Below, piece after piece: positions 1-6,449 of a DNA stretch of 6,449 nucleotides. The stretch is from Octopus sinensis (lineage: Eukaryota): positions 1 to 6,449 of the forward strand of contig NW_021829345.1 in NCBI RefSeq assembly GCF_006345805.1, read 5' to 3'. Below the pieces are notes generated by a model, which searched no databases, had not been told where the DNA came from, and was given only the letters and a program-made list of their open reading frames with translations. Each line of letters starts with the position of its first letter. The first letter of the stretch is position 1. A program made the position numbers and the translations under genes.

Positions 1-54
1 ACATATTGCACCATTTTCAGTTGGTTTTCTTTTTCTTTTTCTTTTTCTTTCTAG

Positions 55-237
55 ACACACAGTCAGGACCAAAGAAAGTTTCCAGTGCCGCCATATTAGC
101 AGCTTGTGCTAGCATCCTCGTACTGATGGCAGTTCTTTTGCTGCTAATATACAAGAAGCGTAAAAGTTTGAAAGAAGTGGTAATCATCAAGACTATGGCA
201 GCAAAAAACAATACCTACAAGTCAAACGTCACAGGTT
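55..237 (+). CDS. Internal coding exon of a single-pass (probably type I) membrane protein: transmembrane helix plus start of the cytoplasmic tail; gene not identified
   Basis: A long polypyrimidine tract (about 21-52) ends in ctAG at 53-54, and there is a GTAAGT donor at 238-243. The exon is 183 nt, phase 1-1 and stop-free: (D)TQSGPKKVSSAAILAACASILVLMAVLLLLIYKKRKSLKEVVIIKTMAAKNNTYKSNVTG. It has an approximately 22-residue hydrophobic stretch followed by a KKRK stop-transfer motif. The N-terminal poly-F of ORF 6..245 is the translated pyrimidine tract. Confidence 0.85.
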
Positions 238-258
238 GTAAGTAACTGCGCATCTCTT

Positions 259-404
259 TCTATCTATCTATCTATCTATCTATCTATTGTCTGTCTGTCT
301 GTCTGTTTTTCTGTTTGTCTCTTTCTCTCTCTCTCTCTCTCCCTCTGTATATATATATATTATATATATATTTATCTATATATATATATATATATATATA
401 TATA
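259..404. repeat. Compound microsatellite (TATC)n-(TGTC)n-(CT)n-(TA)n
   Basis: Tandem repeats read directly from the sequence. Confidence 0.95.
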
Positions 405-735
405 GGAGACCCTCTTCGGTCATGACTGACCATGGGATTGCACCTAGAAGGTACCCTCGCAGGCACAAGTCCGGGCAAACATGTTTATGGAAGACCAGCA
501 GTTGCCCATGCATACCAGCCTCCTCCTCTCCACGCCACCGGTGTTATCCAAGGGAAAGGCAAAGGGGCCGATACAGCTTGGCACCTGTGACGTCGCAACT
601 CATTGCTACAGCTGAGTGAACTGGAGCAACGTGAAATATAGTGTCTTGCTCAAGAACACAACACGCAGCCCGGTCCGGGATGCGAACTCACAACCTCACG
701 ATCGTTAGCTCGACACTGTAACCCCTGAGCCATGC
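405..735 (-). mobile_element. tRNA-derived SINE with CORE-like central domain (family A), apparently full length
   Basis: The minus strand starts GCATGGCTCAGGGG (A-box-like, 722-732) and has GAGTTCGCATCCC (B-box-like, 677-689). Next comes GTGTTGTGTTCTTGAGCAAGACACT...CAGCTGTAGCAATGAGT (about 598-666), resembling the CORE-SINE domain. It is a GC-richer island bounded by (TA)n on both sides. Confidence 0.85.
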
Positions 736-757
736 TATAAATATATATGTGTATATA

Positions 758-988
758 GGCGGCGAGCTGGCAGAAACGTTAGCACGCCGGGCGAAATGCT
801 TAGCGGTATTTTGTCTGCCGTTACGTTGTGAGTTCAAATTCCGCCGAGGTAGACTTTGCCTTTCATCCTTTCGGGGTCGATAAATAAAGTACCAGTTACG
901 CACTGGGGTCGTTGTAATCGACTTAATACCTATGTCTGTCCTTGTTTGCCCCCTCTGTGTTTAGCCCCTTGTGGGTAGTAAAGAAATA
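758..988 (+). mobile_element. tRNA-derived SINE (family B), copy 1
   Basis: A-box-like TGGCAGAAACG at 768-778 and B-box GAGTTCAAATTCC at 830-842. It is colinear over 231 bp with 6131-6361 (about 26 mismatches by manual count, about 89% identity). Confidence 0.9.
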
Positions 989-1091
989 TCTATATATATA
1001 TATATATATATCTATATATATATATATATATATACACATACTACACATATACACACACACACATATATATATTATACAGATATAGATAGAT

Positions 1092-1168
<77 letters not shown>
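989..1168. repeat. Compound microsatellite (TA)n-(CA)n-(GATA)n
   Basis: Read directly from the sequence; near-perfect (GATA)n at about 1084-1168. Confidence 0.95.
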
Positions 1169-1169
1169 G

Positions 1170-1615
1170 CTAAGCTAAGTCGTGAAAATACTTCTATGTT
1201 CTAATTTTCCCTTTTTATTAGGCTTTTCTCACATCTTTGTATCAGACCTTTGAAATCGTTTGCAACGATAAAGTTCCAAAATTCGTTTTATCAACGTTTC
1301 CAGAGTATCTCAGCACCGTCTTCAGGATATAGATTAGTGTTGGCCTCACTACTGTTCTTTTTTATAGTTGTCGGGTTTTTTGCTTTATACAGACCAAGCA
1401 GCTAAATGTTTGTTCATGTAGATTTTACGGCCATAAGTTGACCGTTTGCGTTTCAAATAATTAGATTCGTGTTTCCGATGTTGGAGCTTCATGTCAATAG
1501 CGATATGTTCATCTTGTTTGTAACATCTGCATATTGTTTGTGTATTAACTGTAGTCTTTCGATGCGATATGAGTATTATTTTTAATATCAGAAATAACCG
1601 ATTGATTGGGAAACA
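1170..1615 (-). mobile_element. Probable 3' end/pseudo-LTR of a Penelope-like element in inverted orientation
   Basis: The minus strand carries the PLE-typical CTGAAGA...GAAACGTT hammerhead motif followed by AATAAA (1214-1219). Upstream, a decayed frame (YF*Y*K...QTICRCYKQDEHIAI...LKRKRS...MNKHL) weakly resembles a PLE GIY-YIG C-terminus. The protein similarity is weak and the boundaries are approximate. Confidence 0.6.
1289..1329 (-). ncRNA. Minimal type I hammerhead ribozyme motif (PLE-associated, loop-less palindromic stem III); possibly an inactive relic
   Basis: Minus strand reads UAUC-CUGAAGA-cggugcugagauacucug-GAA-ACGU-U-GAUA. Stem I is UAUC/GAUA (4 bp). The core CUGANGA (1319-1325) and GAAA (1297-1300) are intact. 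Stem II is C-G, G.U, G-C, then imperfect. Stem III is the palindrome ACGU. The predicted GUU cleavage site lies between 1293 and 1292. Confidence 0.7.
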
Positions 1616-1621
1616 ATACTT

Positions 1622-2300
1622 ATAATGAAGAACCGTCTAAATGACGTATTTAGAAGGGTCTCTAACCTACCCGGATAATTTCAAAGGAGCTGCTCCTATT
1701 TGAAAGACGCCATAACAAAATGTAGCTTGAATCAGGAGCAATTTAACAAAGGGTTCATCGCACACAGCAGCCGAATAGGGAAATGAAAATAATTTTATTC
1801 AGTTCTCCGTTCAATATGAGTGAAGCTACCAACAATAGCAGAAACTTTCTATCTCTGATAATATCCCATTTCTCGACAACTCATAAATGCTACACATTTT
1901 TCTATACCAATAGTATGAAACTATGCAAGCCTTGTCTTGACAACATTATTTCCTAGATCTCATACCAACGTAGGCCACAATATAGTCTCTACTCTAACGG
2001 CTAGTTTGAAACTGCAGAAAACTCTTAAACTTCCAACTTAAAGGATCGTTCCTATCTTAGGCGATTTTGTACTGAGTTACCACAGCACCCACAAACGGTA
2101 TCGAAAGAGATTATACAACATTCACCGGAAATACATTTAAGATCCGACATAACAAGTACATACACTCACTCACATAGAGAGTCAGAGAGGATTTCACTTC
2201 ACCATCTCAATTCTTTTGGATTGCAAATTTAAAGAAGCCTTTTCATATACTTGAAAAGATAAAAAAAAAATGTGGCTTATGTTTGATTGAGAAATTCTAG
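1622..2300 (+). mobile_element. Decayed Penelope-like element ORF fragment: RT thumb/linker plus GIY-YIG endonuclease
   Basis: Manual translation across frameshifts and stops gives LNDVFRRVSNL...FKGAAPI*/KDAITKCS (1622-1730); KIILFSSPFNMSEATNNSRNFLSLIISHFSTTHKCYTFFYTNSMKLCKPCLDNIIS (1786-1953); and *NCRKLLNFQLKGSFLS*AILY*...RDYTTFTGNTFKIRHNKYIHSLT*...SQFFW...KKCGLCLIEKF (2007-2297). These follow, in order, the PLE motifs I recall: RRISNL, AAPxYxxAL, KIIWFNPPF, CNCR, YIGxTxxxFKxR and CxLCLxEK. The ORF track misses this. Confidence 0.85.
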
Positions 2301-2321
2301 ACCCGGAAATAGCCAGCAATA

Positions 2322-2424
2322 TGTACATACAGACATGCATACACGCGCACGCGCACACACACACACACACACGCACACACCACACACACGCACACACACA
2401 CACACACACACACACGCACATACA
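2322..2424. repeat. (CA)n microsatellite with CG interruptions
   Basis: Read directly from the sequence. Confidence 0.95.
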
Positions 2425-2564
2425 GATATCAAATTAAATACACAACCGAAAAGCTACTAATAATTTTATGCTATTATGATTGATACTTGAACAGACATAT
2501 TTATTAAAAATACTCCATGTATCTTAAAGCAATCTTTTAGGCTCTGTTTATGCCTTATATTTAT

Positions 2565-2672
2565 GTCATTGTTCAGTTTTATTTCAAGATTTCTTGCCAA
2601 TAGCGAAAGAGTCGGTTTCTAACCTAGATCCAAGGCTCTTCCATTGGAGTATCAACCCCAACAACAGGATAG
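2565..2672 (-). mobile_element. Probable distal 3' UTR/terminus of the RLE LINE at 2930-3647
   Basis: Non-microsatellite block on the same strand as the LINE, ending GAAATCTTGAAATAAAACTGAAC with AATAAA at 2578-2583. The link to the LINE rests on orientation, position and my recollection of the family. Confidence 0.55.
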
Positions 2673-2706
2673 TATGTATATATATATATATATATATATA
2701 TAATTA

Positions 2707-2753
<47 letters not shown>

Positions 2754-2791
2754 TATACACATATACACACATAAATGTGTGTGTGCATGCA
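2673..2791. repeat. (TA)n/(CA)n/(TG)n microsatellite
   Basis: Read directly from the sequence. Confidence 0.95.
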
Positions 2792-2820
2792 TACTCCTAT
2801 GTATGAGTGCCTATACGCAC

Positions 2821-2927
2821 TTACTCTTTTACTTGTTTCAGTCATTTGACTGCGGCCATGCTGGAGCACCGCCTTTAGTCGAACAAATCGACCTCAGGAC
2901 TTATTCCTTGTAAGCCTAGTACTTATC
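2821..2927 (-). mobile_element. 3' fragment of SINE family C (5'-truncated)
   Basis: Matches 5654-5760 without indels and ends in an AAGTAAAAGAGTAA-type tail on the minus strand. Confidence 0.85.
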
Positions 2928-2929
2928 CC

Positions 2930-3647
2930 ATATATGTATGTATGTTTACGTGCAGATTTGTATGTTTGCTTTATGTATGTGTTTTCATGCATATAGTTAC
3001 ATATCTAGACATGCTCATATATATTTAGATGATAATCTTCTGGAAAGTTTTACAGATTTTTGCAGTCCCAATGATGGACTGGATCTGTAGTCTTCGAATT
3101 AGCTTTCTCAAGATTGGTATTTAGGTAGTGTGTTACATACACCAGGGCTCCAATAATTACAGGTATAAACCTGAACTTGTAATCTGGATACATTAAATGC
3201 AGATTTCTCAATAGTTCAGCGTAGATATTCTCTTTCTCATTGATCTTCAGCTTTATATTAACATCTGCTGAGCAGCTAATTTCCACAACTGTACAGTTTC
3301 TCTTCTCTATTCCAAATCAGGTCTGTTGGGCTTACATTTTATTGAGGTCTTCACTGGGACATTCTACCAGTACTCCTTTTTATTATGTGTAGCTATGGCT
3401 TCTATCATTCTGTGGATTCTTATTTCTTTCTCCTCGGGGTTATCCTTGCGACGGATTTCATTATAGAGTGTCCTAGCTACAACATCATATCTCATCGGTA
3501 GATAAAACCGTGATGACATTTTCGGACAACTGTTTACGATGTGGGTGATATCTTCGGTGTTAACTCCACAAAGTCTGCGTCGGTTGTCACATTTTACTGC
3601 TGTTCCTGCATCTCTATCCCTTTTGTGCATCAGCTGCTTGGTTGATC
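2930..3647 (-). mobile_element. 5'-truncated, decayed non-LTR retrotransposon with C-terminal CCHC knuckle and restriction-like endonuclease (R4/Dong-type, R2 group)
   Basis: ORF 3364..3630 has RRLCG-x8-HIVNSC, a CCHC knuckle with the first Cys mutated, followed by RYDVV. The PD motif KPNRPD is at about 3317-3334. ORF 3050..3286 has EISC...EKENIYAELL...FIPVIIGAL. The shifted terminal frame LIRRLQIQSIIGTAKICKTFQKIII* stops at 3025-3027, followed by UTR. Confidence 0.9.
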
Positions 3648-3701
3648 TATGTAAGTATGTATGTATCTGTCTGTCTACTATCTATCTATCTATCTATCTA
3701 A

Positions 3702-3755
<54 letters not shown>

Positions 3756-3760
3756 CTATT

Positions 3761-3794
<34 letters not shown>

Positions 3795-3847
3795 GTGTGT
3801 ATGTAGTGTGTGTTGTGTGTGTGTGTGTGTGAGTGTGTGTGTATATA
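3648..3847. repeat. Compound microsatellite (TATC)n-(TG)n
   Basis: Read directly from the sequence. Confidence 0.95.
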
Positions 3848-4339
3848 ATGGTGAACGACGTATATGATAGTTAACAGAAAAGACAAACACCAAATATGAA
3901 TAAACCCTCTTAACCAACCAACTTTTATCGAGAGTCATTTCGATTTTGGCACTTGAAAACAGTTGGTATCAGTCGCTTGAAAAGCATCAGTATTTCAAAG
4001 AAAACAGACGCGAGATTTACTACTTAAAACATGCAGAAGAGTTACATAAAGACTGGTACGAAGAGCTAGTACAAACAGATCCAGTGTCTTAACAAGGAAG
4101 ATATCATTTGATTTAAGACAGATTCACGAAACCAACGAAAGGGCCTTTACGTGGTTGCTACATTTGCAAGCAATAGTATCCAAATCACCCTCAAATGACA
4201 TCTTAAAGTCTAAAGTGAAATTTTAGAAACTTTGAATAATGAAGTCTTACGTGCTCATAAATAGACAGAAAAGCGTCACCGACATGCTAAAAACAGCAGC
4301 CAAAATATCTTTGAAATCACAACGCACTATCAACTTTAA

Positions 4340-4538
4340 CTCTTTTGCCTTCAGAATATAATACTTCTTTATTCACATTAAAAAAAAATTTAATCACAAA
4401 TAGCTTTGAGATTTCGCTGATGTTGTTTATCTTTAGAATGACATTGTAGGGTAGGTGTGAGAGGTTGGATCTAGTCAGTTTGAACACAAAACAGGTAGAA
4501 TATTTGGTCCAAATATGGCCTGTTTAAATGCTAAAGGG
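4340..4538. mobile_element. Non-autonomous DNA transposon (MITE), piggyBac-type
   Basis: TTAA flanks both ends (4336-4339 and 4539-4542). The termini are imperfect inverted repeats: CTCTTTTGCCTT on the left versus CCCTTTAGCATT (reverse complement of the right end), 9/12 matches. The right end is ...GGG|TTAA, as in piggyBac. It is 199 bp with no ORF. Confidence 0.7.
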
Positions 4539-4796
4539 TTAAAATAGGTAGGGATGAATCAACGGTTTTTGTAGCCTTTAAGAAACTACTCCTAAGAGAA
4601 ATTAAGAATGAGACTCTAGAAGAGACAGTACTTCATCAGAGGTCTGCTAGATCAAGGTTAACACAGAGCAATCAACAACAGCAACTGTTACCAGAACATT
4701 ATATACTCGAGCCTTGTGCTAAGTTGATGTATAATTAACTTCGTTCCTAGGGAGTTATTTATTTTATGACATTTTTTATCATCATTATTTTAAACT

Positions 4797-5040
4797 GTAT
4801 ATACATGTGCGTGGAGATATGTATATATGTATGAGTATATAAGATTGCGTATGAGAGAGATTGTGTGTATGTAAATATTTATAAATATATATAAGCGTAT
4901 GTGTGTGTATAGCTGTATGTATATATGCATATAGATATACATATATACGTATTTATATATATATGTATATATGTGTGTGTATGTATGTATGTATGTTTAT
5001 ATATATATATATGCATCTATGTATTTATATATCTTTATGT
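4797..5040. repeat. Degenerate (TA)/(TG)/(TATG) microsatellite
   Basis: Read directly from the sequence. Confidence 0.9.
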
Positions 5041-5292
5041 ACGAGTGGTGCGTATCTGGTTTTCTTGCTCCACAGGGAAAAGAAAAACAAGAAAAATCTG
5101 CCACCCTTCCTATCCACCTATCCTCTGTACTCTCCATTCTGTTCCGATGTACCCGATCCCCACCCCGTTTCACCTCACCAACACCCAATCCAAAACATAA
5201 ATTCACAGGAATATTTTTTTGATACAGTTATTCTAGCCGACATAGGGAGATGACCCACGCTGCGTATTTAACGGGTATCTGGGTGTGAATGA

Positions 5293-5562
5293 ATATATAT
5301 ATACGTACGTGTGTGCGCGTGCGTACGTCATTGAATGTATATGTGTGTTTGTATACCAGCGTATAGGCGGTCATACGTATGTATATGTATGCATGTATGT
5401 ATACATGTGTGTGTATATGCATGTGTGTACACGCGTGTATTTATATGATCATATGTATGTTTATGTATGCATGCATACATGTGTATCTTTATGTATGTTT
5501 GCATACATGTGTATGTGTATGCATGTGAATATTTGTCTATCTTTCCTTATATGTGTGTGTTT

Positions 5563-5593
<31 letters not shown>

Positions 5594-5624
5594 ATACATA
5601 CACACACATATGTGTGTGTATGTA
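5293..5624. repeat. Degenerate alternating purine-pyrimidine microsatellite field
   Basis: Read directly from the sequence; it explains ORFs 5228..5422, 5285..5746 and 5467..5682. Confidence 0.9.
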
Positions 5625-5653
5625 TACTCCTATGTATGAGTGCCTATACGCAG

Positions 5654-5880
5654 TTACTCTTTTACTTGTTTCAGTCATTTGACTGTGGCCATGCTGGAGC
5701 ACCGCCTTTTGTCGAGCAAATCAACCCCAGGACTTATTCTTTGTAAGCCTAGTACTTATCTAGCGGTTTCTTTTGCCGAACCGCTAAGTTACAGTGACGT
5801 AAACACACCAGTATCGGTTGTCAAGTAATGTTGGGGCGGGGGGCAAAAAACAAACACACAAACATGTATACACACACACG

Positions 5881-5923
<43 letters not shown>

Positions 5924-6005
5924 GACAGGATTCTTTCAGTTTCCATCTACCAAATCCACTCTCAAGGCTTTGGTCGGTCTGAGGCTATAGTAGAAGACAC
6001 TTGCC
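5654..6005 (-). mobile_element. SINE family C with internal (TA)/(TG) microsatellite; tRNA head missing
   Basis: The minus strand begins at a CORE-like GGCAAGTGTC, has an internal microsatellite at about 5852-5922, and ends ...GAAACAAGTAAAAGAGTAA. Its 3' 107 bp match 2821-2927. No A or B boxes are left. Confidence 0.8.
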
Positions 6006-6130
6006 GACATCAAAAGAATGAAAGGCAGTGTAGATCTGTCGACAACAACAGCGTATGTTGAGCCATGGAACGATGCGACCTTCTAGAAATTGCAGTTAAA
6101 TTCTTTTCATATTATTCTACCGTCTTAGAA

Positions 6131-6361
6131 GGCGGCGAGCTGACAGAAACGTTAGCACGCTGGGCGAAATGCTTAGCGGTATTTCCTCTGCTGCTACGTT
6201 CTGTGTTCAAATTCCGCCGAGGTCGACTTTGCCTTTCATCCTTTCGTGGTCGATTAAATAAGTACCAGTTACACACTTGGGTCGATATAATCTACTTAAT
6301 TCATTTGTTTGTCCTTGTTTGTCCTCTCTGTGTTTAGCTACTTGTGGGTAGTAAAGAAATA
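6131..6361 (+). mobile_element. tRNA-derived SINE (family B), copy 2
   Basis: About 89% identical to 758-988, with the same start (GGCGGCGAGCTG) and end (GTAAAGAAATA). The B box is GTGTTCAAATTCC. Confidence 0.9.
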
Positions 6362-6420
6362 GGGATTTCCTCTGCGCTATGTTCTGAGTTCAAGTTCCAC
6401 CGAGGTCGACTTTGCCTTTC
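6362..6420 (+). mobile_element. Tandem partial copy of SINE family B (B-box segment)
   Basis: GGGATTTCCTCTGCGCTATGTTCTGAGTTCAAGTTCCACCGAGGTCGACTTTGCCTTTC repeats about 6177-6237 directly after the end of copy 2. Confidence 0.85.
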
Positions 6421-6449
6421 GGCAGAGTCGACCATATCCATTCGGGACC

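Noticed and set aside
677-842. tRNA genes at the A/B-box sites
   Set aside because: There is no complete cloverleaf; the sequences continue into repeated SINE bodies.
3228-3250. CTGAAGA-TCAATGA-GAAA on the minus strand
   Set aside because: Stem II would need a 1-nt loop, stems I and III are absent, and it lies in LINE coding sequence (LKINEKE).
4165-4322. Weak direct repeat (about 4165-4200 versus about 4285-4321, about 24/37 matches)
   Set aside because: It is too diverged and AT-rich to support by eye; it may be remnants of an old repeat.
4630-4640. CTGATGA on the minus strand as a possible second hammerhead
   Set aside because: No GAAA follows at a suitable distance and there are no supporting stems.
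5301-5328. Z-DNA-prone alternating tract containing CG steps
   Set aside because: Such tracts are commonplace in this microsatellite context and nothing suggests function.
284-6337. Most ORFs in the track (I/Y-, C/V-, H/T- and YLSI-rich peptides, and those overlapping SINEs)
   Set aside because: They are translations of microsatellites or SINEs. Only 6..245 (in part), 3050..3286 and 3364..3630 reflect real coding ancestry.
758-6361. Inverted same-family SINE pairs as ADAR substrates
   Set aside because: All family B copies are on + and both family C copies are on -, so no such duplex forms within the window.
1-6449. CRISPR array or prokaryotic/viral system
   Set aside because: There is no repeat-spacer periodicity or operon-like gene density; the splice signals, SINEs and microsatellites indicate animal intronic DNA.

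Overview
Eukaryotic, AT-rich, microsatellite-laden window that is mostly intron. The repeat families resemble ones I recall from octopus/cephalopod genomes; this assignment is from memory, not a search. One convincing coding exon (55-237, +) encodes the transmembrane helix and juxtamembrane tail of an unidentified single-pass membrane protein. The rest contains: three tRNA-derived/CORE-type SINE families (six copies or fragments); a decayed Penelope-like element (PLE; RT C-terminus plus GIY-YIG endonuclease, +) joined head-to-head to an inverted PLE-like 3' end carrying a minimal, dimer-type hammerhead ribozyme motif (1289-1329, -); the 3' end of a restriction-like-endonuclease (R4/Dong-type) LINE (-); and a TTAA-flanked piggyBac-type MITE. 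Most ORFs in the supplied track are microsatellite translations. The most interesting items are the hammerhead and inverted PLE, and two SINE 3' ends 2.8 kb apart that share the same non-SINE flank. I see nothing that clearly amounts to a new biological system.
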